In this document: piece by piece, positions 13,657 to 27,880 of the stretch
Position numbering within the stretch: position 1 is the stretch's first letter
Layout: every line of letters starts with the position of its first letter
Assembly: GCA_964016885.1 (NCBI GenBank)
Contig: OZ024765.1
Location: forward strand, 13,082,001-13,146,000
Length of the DNA stretch: 64,000 bases
Reading direction: 5' to 3'
Origin: Eledone cirrhosa
Lineage: Eukaryota
Notes under the pieces: model-generated
What the model was told of the DNA's origin: nothing
What the model saw: the letters and a program-made list of their open reading frames with translations, nothing else
Database searches by the model: none
Made by a program: the position numbers and the translations under genes

Positions 13657-14109
13657 ATATTAGCTACTGTCTGAAGCGCGTATTTTTCCTTCTCTCTCCC
13701 CACGTGCTGACAACTAGTTACCTAATTTCTAATAAAAGTACAAGACATATTTTCTGAATACACCTGCTGATGATCTATAGGAAATGTGATTCTTGCACTA
13801 TTTTAGTGAAGCAATCCCTCCTTCGGACTGTACAGGTGTCATAGTTATGAAGGTATGTTTTACATTTTAGTTAATCTGTTGGATTATAATGTATTTCCTG
13901 TATCTCTTGCAGTTTTTATGTTTCTCACTCTGGTGGTAATATACCCCCTGTAATGAAAACACATTCTTTTCATGTGTTCTTTCTTTTCTATATTATATTT
14001 TGATGAGCCCGGAAAAATTTCCTTGAGCTCATTAAATTACAAGGATTAACATAAGTCCTTTACTCCATTGCTTCATTTGATATATATAGAGAGTTTAAAC
14101 AAAGGCAGG

Positions 14110-14151
<42 letters not shown>

Positions 14152-14197
14152 ATAATAATAAATTTGAAGACTAAAATCTGTTATTTTAATAAATATA

Positions 14198-14262
<65 letters not shown>

Positions 14263-14350
14263 CCTGCCTTTGTTTAAACTCTTATGTTATATTTCTGAAA
14301 GGAAATCACAATCAATCTCCAGCGGCCATCTTTATTTTCATTTTTATTAT

Positions 14351-14402
14351 GACAGGCTGAGTGAGTTGGGGTCCAGAACCCAACGAAATTTAAGTCCCTG
14401 TT
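14351..14402 (+). ncRNA. Type I hammerhead ribozyme with a 1-nt core insertion
   Basis: ACAGG-CTGAGTGA-GTTGGG-gtccagaa-CCCAAC-GAAA-TTTAAG-TC-CCTGT. Perfect stems I (5 bp) and II (6 bp) and a GUC triplet at 14394-14396. Confidence 0.7.
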
Positions 14403-14487
14403 TATGTCACTGTTGTAATTATTTATGTTAAACTCCTCCTGAATGGATTGAGTGCTCTTACCCTGGGATATTTCTACCAAACTTTTT

Positions 14488-14527
<40 letters not shown>

Positions 14528-14529
14528 TT

Positions 14530-14745
14530 CGATTGACTTTCGTCAAATTGGACCGAGGAAACAATGTTTCCGTTGGTCTTTCCAATTGCTAATACTATCT
14601 ATCGGTCGAAACTCCAGGTAGAAGGGGCAACAGGAAATAAAGTGTCTTGCTCAAGGACATAACACATTCCCTGGTCCGGGAATCGAACTCCCAACCTCAC
14701 GATTGCGAATCCAATTCTTTAACCACTCAGCCAAGTGCCTTCACC
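14530..14745 (-). mobile_element. tRNA-headed SINE family 3 fragment
   Basis: Minus-strand head TGGCTGAGTGGTTAAAG..GGAGTTCGATTCCC, body CCTTGAGCAAGACACTTTATTTC. Second copy at ~49257-49435. Confidence 0.75.
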
Positions 14746-15123
14746 ATATACATCATCATCAACATCATCATCACCGTTTTACGTCCGTTCTTCCACGCTA
14801 GCATGGGTTAGACGGGTTGTCCTGTTGTGGGCAGTGTCTGGTCGGCTGACCATGCCTTGCTCATACGGGAACTGATTTGGCTTGATTTCTACGGCTGGAT
14901 GCCCTTCCTAACACCAACCTCATTTACAGTGAGTGCTGGGTGCTTTTTCGTGGCGCCTTCACGTCCACTTTACAGTGTGGGCTGGGTGCTTTTTTGCCGT
15001 GGCACCTCCACGACCACCTTGCGCTGGTCGCCTGAGAAACAATTGTAATATGTCCAATAAATTCCTTTCGTTGCAACACTGATTCTATTATTTTCTGTGA
15101 TATATATATTATATATATATATA

Positions 15124-15263
15124 TATAAAGAAAAAAAGATGAAATCGAAAATGCAACTGGAGTCTTATTTTTTTTTAAATAGATATATTTATTTGGTTCC
15201 TTATATATCTTTTTAAAAATAGGACTCCAGTTGCATTTTCGATTTCATCTTTTTTTCTTTATA
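15124..15263. mobile_element. (TA)n-embedded fold-back module, family D
   Basis: AAAGAAAAAAAGATGAAATCGAAAATGCAACTGGAGTC is inverted at ~15222-15260. The same start recurs at ~53553, where it runs into a hammerhead. Confidence 0.65.
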
Positions 15264-15453
15264 CTTTCACTCGTGTAGGACACCTCGCTTATTTTTCATT
15301 TTGTAAAAAAAACCTCACTTTCTAATCTATCTATCTATCTATCTTTGTTTAACGTCCATCTTCCACGCTAGCATGGGTTAGACGGGAGTTGTCCCACTTG
15401 AGGCAAGGTTGGTCGGGTGACTGTGTCTCGCTCATATAGGACTATCTGGCAGG

Positions 15454-15501
<48 letters not shown>

Positions 15502-15967
15502 CATATAGTGTGTATGTGTGTGTGTGTGATTTCCACTTTAGGGACTAGGCCAGTCATTTGGGGAGAGGGTAAAATCGATTAAATTGACCCGAGTACTGGA
15601 CTGGTCCTTTATTTTATCGACCCCAAAGGGATGAAAGACAGAACTGGGTTTATAAAAGTATGATTATAAGTTGTACAACAGAAGTTATAAGAAACGGTGA
15701 TATGGTTATAGGATACACAAAGTATGAAAGACAGAAGGAAAGAGAGAATAAAGGCAGGAAGAGGAAAGGAAGAACAAAAGAAAGAAGGAAGTGGTGATGG
15801 AGGAGGGAGGGTAGGAGGAGAAAAGGAAGGAAGGAAGGCGAGAAGGAAAGGGCTAGATGAAATAGTAAACAAATATAGCTGCTATTTAAATTACTAATTC
15901 CCTGTGGAGGTGGTGTGTGTTTGTTTGGCTCGTGAGGTACAATGCCTATGTGTATACACTCACCAAC

Positions 15968-15973
15968 ATATAT

Positions 15974-16042
<69 letters not shown>

Positions 16043-16190
16043 TATATATATATATATATATGCATATATATATATATATATATGCATATATATATATATA
16101 TATGCATATTTATATATATATATATGCATATTTATATATGTATATATACATATATATATGCATATTTATATATATATATATGCATATTTA

Positions 16191-16240
<50 letters not shown>

Positions 16241-16524
16241 TATTTATATATATATATATATATGCATATTTATATATATATATGCATATTTATATATATA
16301 TATGCATATTTATATATATATATTCATATATATATATATGCATATATATATTCATATATATATATGCATATATATATATGCATATTTATATATATACATA
16401 TTTATATATATATATATATGCATATTTATATATATATATATATATGCATATATATATATATGCATATATGCATATATATATATGCATATATGCATATATA
16501 TATATGCATATATATATATATATA

Positions 16525-16564
<40 letters not shown>

Positions 16565-16899
16565 CAAAATGTATATATATACATGTGTATATATATATAT
16601 ATAAGCAAAATGTATATATATACATGTGTATATATATATATATAAGCAAAATGTATATATATACATGTGTATATATATATATAAGCAAAATGTATATATA
16701 TACATATATATGTATATACATGAGTATATATATACATATATATGTATATACATGTGTATATATATATATATATAAGCAAAATGTATATATATATACATAT
16801 ATATGTATATATATGTGTATATATATACATATATATGTATATACATGTGTATATATATATATAAGCAAAATGTATATATATACATATATATGTATATAC

Positions 16900-16946
<47 letters not shown>

Positions 16947-16985
16947 TGTATATATATATATATACAGGCATATATATATATATAT
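15968..16985. repeat. Compound (TA)n/TATGCA tract with AAGCAAAATG-containing minisatellite units
   Basis: Visible directly. Confidence 0.9.
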
Positions 16986-17139
16986 ATTTGTGTGATGTAT
17001 GTTTGAAAATATACTCGCCAAAATGCAGATAACTATAATAATAGTCGGTCAGTGTAAATAACAGTTGAAAAAATTGGGTAAAGTACACCAAAGAGGGGGA
17101 AATCAAACCACGAATCCCTTATCAACTGACAATATATGT

Positions 17140-17322
17140 GGTGGAGTGGCAGTATCGGTAGAGGGTCGGACGCCATGCTTTCCAGCATAGTTACGTCCCT
17201 TTACGATCTGAGTTCAAATCCCGCCGAGGTTGACTTTGCCTTTCATTCTTACGGGGTCGATAAAATAAAGTACCAGTAATGCACTGGGTTATTGCTGGCC
17301 TTGTGCCTAAAGTAGAAACAAA
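17140..17322 (+). mobile_element. SINE family 2
   Basis: Near-identical to 10053-10242. Confidence 0.9.
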
Positions 17323-17515
17323 TATATGTGGCTTTCAAATACTAAGGAAAGATCATTGCTCTATATCTAATATGTCAATAGATGTGGATATATAAGACAC
17401 TAATGAGAAAGTTGCATAAGACAAACACGTGTGTGTGTGTACATATACATATATATATGTGTGTGTAGATATGTGTATGTTCAATGTATATGTGATGTAT
17501 ATGTGTGTTTGTGTA

Positions 17516-17573
<58 letters not shown>

Positions 17574-17635
17574 AATGTATATGTCTATGTATATCATCAG
17601 GAATCATGAGATTCCTGATGATATACATAGACATA

Positions 17636-17821
17636 TACTCAATACATAACAGAGTATAAAAGTTTTAATATAGATGAGATTCTACAGGACTAGAACTGTT
17701 TCATTCTTTAGAAATCATCAGGAATCATGAGATTCCTGATGATTTCTAAAGAATGAAACAGTTCTAGTCCTGTAGAATCTCATCTATATTAAAACTTTTA
17801 TACTCTGTTATGTATTGAGTA
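17636..17821. repeat. Perfect 91-bp-arm palindrome (fold-back module, family C) with hammerhead-like core
   Basis: 17636-17726 is the reverse complement of 17731-17821 around the loop ATGA. Each arm has CTGATGA-tTTCTaaAGAAt-GAAAC. Family copies at ~9712-9818 and 51985-52215. Confidence 0.9.
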
Positions 17822-17825
17822 CCTT

Positions 17826-18003
17826 ACAGTGGAATGATAGGGACCCCAGTCCCTATCATCTCATTTCTACAGCTGAGTAAACTGGAGCAATGTGAAATAA
17901 AGTATCTAGCTCAAGGAAACAACACATCACTCGGTCTGAGAATTGAACTCACAACTTTTCAATTGCAAGGCCAATGCTCTAACCACTAAGCCATGTGCCT
18001 CCA
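17826..18003 (-). mobile_element. SINE family 1, 5' half
   Basis: Reverse complement of 6063-6240. Confidence 0.85.
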
Positions 18004-18023
18004 TTGTATATATATATATATAA

Positions 18024-18058
<35 letters not shown>

Positions 18059-18394
18059 TATTTTATTTTTTTTATAGATAGATTATCTATTTATCTGCCT
18101 AATTATCTATTTACCTGTCCATCCTTATGGCATTATGTCTGTCTGTTTACCTAACTGTCCGTATGTCATGCACACACACACACACACACACACACAGGCA
18201 TTCACTTCTTCCTCCCTCCATTCTTATCTCTCTCTCAAACTCACACACACATGCACACACAAATACATGTAAACACACACATACACACATGCACTCACAA
18301 ATACATGTAAGCACACACACGCACTCACAAATATATACACATACACATACATGTACACACTAGTACACATAAAAGCACATATATGTAAACAGAA

Positions 18395-19235
18395 GTGTGG
18401 TGTAGTGGTGGTGGTGGTGGTGGAGGTTTGGTGTAGTGGTGGTGGTGGTGTGGTGGAGGTTTGGTGTAGTGGTGGTTGTGTTGGTGTGGTGGTGGGGGTT
18501 TGGTGTTGTGGTGTAGTGGTGGTGGGGGTTTGGTGTAGTGGAGATGGTGGTGTAGTGGTGGTGGGGGTTTGGTGTAGTGGTGGTGGTGGCGTTGTGGTGG
18601 TGGGGGTTTGGTGTTGTGGTGTAGTGGTGGTGGGGTGTAGTGTGTTGTGTAGTGGTAATGGTTGGGTTGACTGTGTGATGGTGGTTGGGTGTTGTGGTGT
18701 AGGGTGGTGTTATGTGATGGTGGTGGAGGTGTAGTGGTGGGGGTGCTGTGGTGTAGTGTGGGGTGTAGTGGTGGTGTTGTGGTGTAGGGTGGTGTTATGT
18801 GATGGTGGTGGAGGTGTAGTGGTGAAGTGTGGGGTGTAGTGGTGGTGTTGTGGTGTTATGTGATGGTGGTGGAGGTGTAGTGGTGGTGTTGTGGTGTAGG
18901 GTGGTGTTATGTGATGGTGGTGGAGGTGTAGCGTGTAGTGGTGTGGGTCTGGTGTAGTGGTGTAGTGTGGTGGTGGGGGTGCTGTGGTGTGGTGGTGGGG
19001 TGTAGTGGCAGTGTTGTAGTGTAGGGTGGTGTTATGCGATGGTGGTGGAGGTGTGATGTGGTGCTGTGGTGGTGGTGTAGTTGCGGTGTAGTGTGGTGTG
19101 TGGTTGTGGTGGAGCTGTGGTGGGGATGTAGTGTTGTGGTGGTGTAGTGTGGTGTGTGGTGATGGTGTAGTGTGGTGGGGATGTAGTATGAAGCATGATA
19201 GTGGTGGTGGTGGTGGTGATGGTGATGCAGTGGTG
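18395..19235. repeat. GGT/GTG-rich low-complexity tract
   Basis: Visible directly. Confidence 0.9.
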
Positions 19236-19768
19236 GAAATGGAGGAGAGTGGGGGGGGGGGCTGCTTTGCAGGGTGGGTAGTGGGGGTGGGGTGTGTGTC
19301 CCGTGAGATATCTGTCTGATAATGTTGTATATCAGCTCCCCCACCCCACCCTCCAGTTGATGAGAGAATTGATAACATTAGGGGTGGAGGCTGGAAAGGG
19401 GTCGGGTCGGGTCTCCCCCGTGGCATCTTGTGCAAATGTTATTTACCATAGATTCGGCTGTGTGAAATTTGGTAGAGGGAGATTGTTTGGAAGCCTGTAA
19501 GGTGGATTGAACATGTAATTCAAAGGGCCGGCCATGTTACACACTGTGTCCAGCTGAATCTCCCTGAGAGGAAAGTGAATTAAAGCGCCCCAAGTGCATT
19601 ACTGGTGCTTTATTTTATCGACCCCGTAAGGATGAAAGGCAAAACTAACCCCTGCGGGATTTGAACTCAGAATGTAAAGAGCCATAACTCTGTGCCACAA
19701 AGCAAGGTGTCCGACCCTATACCAATACTGCCAATCCACCGCGTAATTTAGCAGTATCAGGAATGGGT

Positions 19769-19804
<36 letters not shown>

Positions 19805-19814
19805 GCTGTACCTT

Positions 19815-20708
19815 GAGATAAAAAGGACAGATCCTGAACACTATAGATCTTGCTTGCAGTCTGACCTGGACACAATGCAACAGTGGATCTCAGACTGGCA
19901 ACTCAAGCTAGCTGTGGACAAGTGCACCACCATGCATTTTTGGGAGTAAAAACCCAGCGTCCACATACTCCCTCCCTCCACAGCACTAATATCAAGAAGT
20001 CTTCCTGTGAACGTGACCTGGGCATTACGGTCAGCAGCGATTTGCGTTGGACGAGGCACGTCTCTAAAATTGTCAAGAGGGCCGAGGGTGTCTTAGCATC
20101 ACTCAGCAAGACCTTTGTCAGCCGCTCTCCAGATATCTATTTAAGGCTGTATACAGCTATGGTGCGACCACACTTAGAATTTGCATCACCAGTCTGGAAC
20201 CCCTATCTTGCTCAGGACATTGACCGCCTGGAAACTGTTCAGAGACGTGCAACCAAGCGAATACCCTCCATCAGGCATCTACCATACTCTGAGCGCCTTG
20301 CTTCCCTGGGCATGGATTCATTGAAGCTCCGACGCCTGGCAACTGACTTGGTAAACACCCACAAAATTGTTAACCATGTTGCCAACAACAACCCTGAGTG
20401 CCTTTTCGATTTCCATGTGTCTAACACATGTGGACATGCCCACAAAGTAAGAAAACAGCACAGTTCCCATGACTTTCGGAAACATTTTTTCACGCTCAGA
20501 GTTGCTGAAGCATGGAACAAACTACCTGCATCAGTTGTTAGCTGTCGAGACACTGCATCCTTTAAGGCCTCCATGCTTCCTGAGATCCGCCAACACTACA
20601 GCTAACACATACACACATGTACTTCCCTGGCATTTGTGTATTATTCTATGTCCTATATTGACGAGTTGTAGTGCACCTGAGCACTTTACACAATAATTTC
20701 ATTATTAT

Positions 20709-20710
<2 letters not shown>
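19815..20710 (+). mobile_element. CR1-clade LINE, 5'-truncated
   Basis: DLQSDLDTMQQWISDWQLKLAVDKC, then a frameshift, then ERDLGITVSSDLRWTRHV..VRPHLEFASPVWNPY..RRATK..WNKLP. (ATT)n tail at ~20700. Confidence 0.92.
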
Positions 20711-20739
<29 letters not shown>

Positions 20740-21392
20740 CCACACACATATATATATATATACACACATACTCACACATATATATATATATATACACATA
20801 CACACACACATATATAAATATATACACATACACACACACACACACATACAGGAGTACATATAGGCACACACACTATATACATACATGCATACACATACAG
20901 ATCTCACACACACACAGAGGTATATATATATATATATATATATACATACACAGGTATATACACACATATAATATATATATATATATATTTATAATTACAC
21001 ATACATATATATGCACACATATCTGTTATATACATATATATATATATGTATATGTGTATATATATATATGTATATGTATATGTATGTGTGTATATATATG
21101 TATATGTATATATATATGTATGTGTGTATATATATATATATATGTATATGTATGTATATATTTATATGTATATATATATATATATGTATGTGTGTATATA
21201 TATATATGTATATGTATATATATATATGTATGTGTGTGTATATATATATATGTATATGTATATATATATGTATGTGTGTATATATATATATATGTATATG
21301 TATATATATATGTATATGTATATATATGTATATGTATATATATGTATATGTATATGTATATATATATGTATATGTATGTATATATTTATATG

Positions 21393-21423
<31 letters not shown>

Positions 21424-21514
21424 ATATATGTATATATATATGTATGTATATGTATATATATATGTATATATATATGTATGTGTGTGTATATATATATATA
21501 TATATGTATATGTA

Positions 21515-21580
<66 letters not shown>

Positions 21581-21619
21581 TATACACACATACATATATA
21601 TATACATATATATATACAT

Positions 21620-21690
<71 letters not shown>
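20710..21690. repeat. Compound (TA)/(TG)/(CA) microsatellite field
   Basis: Visible directly. Confidence 0.9.
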
Positions 21691-21691
<1 letters not shown>

Positions 21692-21789
21692 TCGTGGCAA
21701 TCTTTATCAAACTAAAATTAGGTGTCGGCTGCTCTTTGATATGGTCTTGATACCAATTATCTCACTCCTTGATAAATTACAGATACCTT

Positions 21790-23610
21790 GTATCACACAT
21801 ACACACATACACACATACACACATACACACATACACACATACACACATACACACAAACACACATCATCATCATCATCATCATCTGTTCCATTTGATGCGG
21901 GATTAGTCGGGAGACTGTGGCTCACTCATACAAATATATACACACATGCACACATAGACACATACAAATATACACATATACACATACAAATATATACACA
22001 CATACACACATACAAATATACACATATACACATACAAATATACACACATACACACATAGACACATACAAATATACACATATACACATACAAATATATACA
22101 CACATACACACATAGACACATACAAATATACACATACACACATACAAATATACACACATACAAATATACACACATACACACATACACATACAAATATACA
22201 CATAGACACATACAAATATACACATATAAATATACAAATATACACACATACACACATAGACACATACAAATATACACATATACACATACAAATATACACA
22301 TATACACATACAAATATACACATATACACACATACACATACAAATATACACACATACACACATAGACACATACAAATATACACATATACACATACAAATA
22401 TACACACATACACACATACAAATATACACATATACACATACAAATATACACACATACACACATACACACATACACACAAACACACATCATCATCATCATC
22501 ATCATCTGTTTCATTTGATGCGGGATTAGTCGGGAGACTGGCTCACTCATACAAATATATACACACATGCACACATAGACACATACAAATATACACATAC
22601 AAATATACACATACAAATATACACACATACACACATAGACACATACAAATATACACATATACACATACAAATATACACACATACACACATAGACACATAC
22701 AAATATACACATATACACATACAAATATACACACATACACACATAGACACATACACATACACACATACAAATATACACACATACACACATAGACACATAC
22801 ACATATACACATACAAATATATACACACATACACACATACAAATATACACATATACACACATACAAATATACACACATATATACACACATATATACACAT
22901 CACACATACAAATATACACACATACACACATCACACATACAAATATACACACATACACATACATATATACACACATATATACACACCACACATACAAATA
23001 TACACACATCACACATACACATACAAATATACACACATACACATACAAATATACACACATAAATACATCACACATACAAATATACACACATACACACATC
23101 ATTGGTATATGCAGCAGTTTGGTACATCACACACTCACACAGGAATATGCACATATATACACACATACTTTGAAATATGCATATATACACACATAGTTTG
23201 AAATATACATATATACTCACACATACACTCAAATATACACATATACCCAGACATACTCAGAAATATACACATATACACACACATACGCTTAAATATACAT
23301 ATATACACACACATACTCTTAAATATACATATACACACACATACTCTTAAATATACACCACATACACACACATACACTCAAATATACACATATACACACT
23401 CACACACATATACATACATAAATATAGACATATACACACATACACACTCAAATATACATATATATATACTCACACATAAATATAGACATATACACACATC
23501 AGCAGATTGATACATCACACATTCACAGATACATACACAAATATACATTTACACTTAAATATACACTCATATACACACATATACACTCATATACACACAT
23601 ATACACACTC
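21790..23610. repeat. CATACAAATATACA-type minisatellite field with a duplicated RTE-like tail
   Basis: (CAT)n-CTGTT(C/T)CATTTGATGCGGGATTAGTCGGGAGACTG occurs at ~21862 and ~22486 with the same flanks. Confidence 0.8.
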
Positions 23611-23669
23611 ATTTACATTGTATGTTGGATAATTAAAGGAAGTAAGTTTAGGGTTTCTTTACGTGACAT

Positions 23670-24243
23670 GTTCTCATTTTGAAATCGTTTCTCTCACATT
23701 GAAGTGACACGTTTTCATTATGAAAGTATTATTCTCACATCGAAGTGATATGTACTCATTATGAAATCGTTATTCTAACATTGAAGTGATATGTACTCAC
23801 TATGAAATCATTATTCTCACATTGAAATGTTATTTTCTCACTATGAAGTGATATGTACTCACTATGAAATCATTATTCTCACACTGAAGTGATATGTACT
23901 CACTATGAAATCATTATTCTCACATTGAAGTGTTATATACTCACTATGAAATCATTATTATCACATTGAAGTGAGATGTACTCATTATGAAATCATTATT
24001 CCCACATTAAAGTGATATGTACTCATTATGAAATCGTTATTCTCACATTAAAGTAATATGTACTCACTATGAAATTGTCATTCTCACATTAAAATATGTT
24101 CTCATTATGAAATCGTTATTCTCACATTGAAGTGTTTTGTACTCACTATGAAATCGTTATTCTCACATTAAAATGATATGTTCTCATTATGAAATCATTA
24201 TTCTCACATTGAAGTGTTATGTACTCACTATGAAATCGTTATT
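23670..24243. repeat. ~41-bp minisatellite, ~14 copies
   Basis: Unit CTCA(C/T)TATGAAATC(G/A)TTATTCTCACATTGAAGTGATATGTA. About two orphan units at ~28232-28320. Confidence 0.9.
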
Positions 24244-24799
24244 AGCTTTTTAATGCTAAATTATTAATAACAATATACCGTATATGCTGGCCTACTGGAA
24301 GCTCCCTCTTTTGTTGAAAGATGGGTGAGAGAAGCAAGTATGGCCCGAATGAATGGGCCTTCTCTGAGTATGTGTCTGTAAATTAAAGGTGGAAAACTGG
24401 GAGAGGGCACTTGCCCTGGTGGTCAGGGCCACTGTGGTCTTTTAATGGGCTTTCTCCACAAATGTCCCTCGGAAGTCTCCCCCCTATTGGGGAATTTTTC
24501 TTTATTTTATTTCAACCTCCGTTTTTTTTACACGCAGAAATGCCCATTTGTACCGTCCTGTATTGTCCTGTACTGTCCTTAATGTCTACTTTATGTAAAC
24601 CCTTGTGGTTAATAAAGAAAACATTATATTTTATGTTATATTTTGGCGTTTATATACATTTTTATGGACCAGCTCCAATATTGGCAGTTTTTCACTTTTC
24701 GCGGGTGTTCTAGGAACCTAACCCCCACTAGTACCAAGGCACAGGTGTATGTATATATCGCCATTTACAAGTACAGAAACTGTACATCTGTACACTACA

Positions 24800-25860
24800 G
24801 TGCTGGCCGCCTTCCACGCCATGCTTCCCTAAATGAGGTCATAAAGCATGGCTTGGATGTTGCAGGCTTACCCCCTCGCAGCTCGAGCCGGTGGGGCTGG
24901 ACTGAAGGGACGGCAAAAGGCCAGACGGTATGAGCATCTTCCCGTTCCGTGGTGGTAAACCCCTCGTCTGGGATGCCACTTGCAACGACACATTCTCCAG
25001 CAGCAACCTGGTGCAGTCTGTGACTAACCCAGGTTCTACTGCACTTCGGACTGAGGAGGGTGAACTCTCCAAGTACCGGTCGCTCTCGGACAAGTTTGCA
25101 GCCGAGCCCCTAGCAGTGGAGACTTCTGGTGTCCTTGGCCCCAGGGCTACCTCCCTACTTACCACCATAGGCGCTGAGCTGGCTACTCCTAGTAGTGGAG
25201 ACTTCTGGTGTCCTTGGCCCCAGGGTTACCTCCCTACTTATCATCATAGGCGCTGAGCTGACTACTCCTAGCAGTCGAGACTTCTGGTGCCCTTGGCCCC
25301 AGGGTTACCTCCCTATTTATCACCATAGGTGCTGAGCTGACTACTCCTAGCAGTCGAGACTTCTGGTGCCCTTGGCCCCAGGGCTACCTCCCTATTTATC
25401 ACCATAGGCGCTGAGCTGACTACTCCTAGCAGTCGAGACTTCTGGTGCCCTTGTCCCCAGGGCTACCTCCCTACTTATCATCATAGGCGCTGAGCTGGCT
25501 ACTCCTAGCAGTGGAGACTTCTGGTGTCCTTGGCCCCAGGGCTACCTCCCTACTTACCACCATAGGCGCTGAGCTGGCTACTCCTAGCAGTCGAGACTTC
25601 TGGTGCCCTTGGCCCCAGGGCTACCTCCCTACTTACCACCATAGGTACTGAGCTGGCTAGCCCTAGCAGTCGAGACTTCTGGTGCCCTTGGCCCCAGGGC
25701 TACCTCCCTACTTACCACCATAGGTACTGAGCTGGCTAGCCCCAGGTGTGAGCCCCACGAGAGGGAATGACACTTCCAGCGCATCTCCCTTATCATTCTC
25801 CGAGGAAACGCCTTCTCCATTCTGTCCACCGGGGCCGTGGGGCAGCCAGCACGTGGGACC
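24800..25860 (+). mobile_element. CRE-like (RLE-endonuclease) non-LTR retrotransposon 3' fragment
   Basis: AGRLPRHASLNEVIK..(L)[71 protein letters not shown] restriction-like endonuclease motif, with frameshifts. Confidence 0.75.
25109..25741 (+). repeat. 79-bp tandem repeat, 8 copies, inside the CRE-like element
   Basis: CCTAGCAGT(C/G)GAGACTTCTGG.. starts at 25109, 25188, 25267, 25346, 25425, 25504, 25583 and 25662. Confidence 0.92.
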
Positions 25861-25877
25861 CCATTTGCTCGTAATAC

Positions 25878-26620
25878 AGAGAGATGGCGAGAGAGAGAGG
25901 GAGAGTGAGAGGAGATGGGGAGGGTGAGAGAGATGGGGAGGGCGAGAGGAGGTGTGGAGGGCGAGAGAGATGGGGAGGGCAGGAGAGATTGGGAGAGCTA
26001 GAGAGATTGAGAGGGTGAGAGGAGATGGGGAGGGCGAGAGATATGGGGAGAGTGAGAGGAGGTGTGGAGGGCGAGAGAGATGGGGAGAGTGAGAGGAGGT
26101 GGGGAGGGTGAGAGAGATGGGGAGGGCGAGAGTGAGAGGAGATGGGAGGGCGAGAGAGATGGGGAGAGTGAGAGGTGTGGAGGGCGAGAGAGATGGGGAG
26201 GGCGGGAGAGATTGGGAGAGCTAGAGAGATTGAGAGGGTGAGAGGAGATGGGGAGGGCGAGAGATATGGGGAGAGTGAGAGGAGGTGGGGAGGGTGAGAG
26301 AGATGGGGAGGGCGAGAGGAGATGGGGAGAGTGAGAGGTGTGGAGGGCGAGAGGAGATTGGGAGAGCTAGAGAGATTGGGAGGGCGAGAGAGATTGGGAG
26401 GGCGAGAGGAGATGGGGAGGGCGAGAGGAGATTAGGAGAGCTAGAGAGATTGGGAGAGCTAGAGAGATTGGGAGGGCGAGAGGAGATGGGGAGGGCGAGA
26501 GGAGATTGGGAGAGCGAGAGAGATTGGGAGGGTGAGAGGAGATGGGGAGGGTGAGAGGAGGTGGGGAGAGTGAGAGGAGGTGGGGAGGGCGAGAGGAGAT
26601 GGGGAGGGCGAGAGATATGG
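25878..26620. repeat. Purine-rich GAGAGGAGATGGGGAGGGC minisatellite
   Basis: Visible directly. Strong strand asymmetry with G-runs. Confidence 0.9.
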
Positions 26621-26904
26621 AGGCAATGACAGTGGGAGTTCAGCTCTTCTGTGTTCAGACCTGGTGTGCAACGTCAGTTGTCCGTAAGGGGGTAAAAGTG
26701 GCATAACTTTCCTCGCACTCGTAACTATACATCTGTTACGTATATCTTTATCTACTTCAACATCTTCCTTTATTTATAAAACACACGGAGACAAATTAGA
26801 TTCTGTGTTATAATTTATAATATATTTTTTCTGGTGTATCTCCCAGGTTTGACCTTTTTATATCAGTTGGTATTTAATGGCTAGCAGAGCTTACACGGCT
26901 TTGC

Positions 26905-27880
26905 AAAACACACATACACACTTACACATACATACAGATACACATGCATACTGACAAACACACATACATATCCATACACACATATAAACCTTCACATACA
27001 TACATACACATACACATATACACACTGACAAATGCACATACATATCCATATACACATATAAACCTTCACATACATGCATACACATACACACTGACAAATG
27101 CACATACATATCCATATACACATATAAACCTTCACATACATACATACACATACACATACACACTGACAAATGCACATACATATCCATACACACATATAAA
27201 CTTTCACATACATACATACACATACACAAACACACATACATATCCATATACACATATAAACCTTCACATACATACACATACACACTGACAAATGCACATA
27301 TCCATATACACATATAAACCTTCACATACATACATACACATACACATACACACTGACAAACACACATACATATCCATACACACATATAAACCTTCACATA
27401 CATACATACACATACACATATACACACTGACAAATGCACATACATATCCATATACACATTTAAACCTTCACATACATACATACACATACACATACACACT
27501 GACAAACACACATACATATCCATACACACATATAAACCTTCACATACATACATACACATACACATACACACTGACAAACACACATACATATCCATACACA
27601 CATATAAACCTTCACATACATACATACACATAGACATACACACTGACAAATGCACATACATATCCATATACACATATAAACCTTCACATACATACATACA
27701 CACTGACAAACACACATACATATCCATACATACATATAAACCTTCACATACATACACATACACACTGACAAACGCACATACAAACCTTCACATACATACA
27801 CATACACACTGACAAACGCACATATCCATATACACATACAAACCATCACATACATATACAAACCATCACATACATACACT
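26905..27880. repeat. ~60-70-bp CA-rich minisatellite
   Basis: Recurrent CATATCCATATACACATATAAACCTTCACATAC..CACTGACAAA. Confidence 0.9.
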
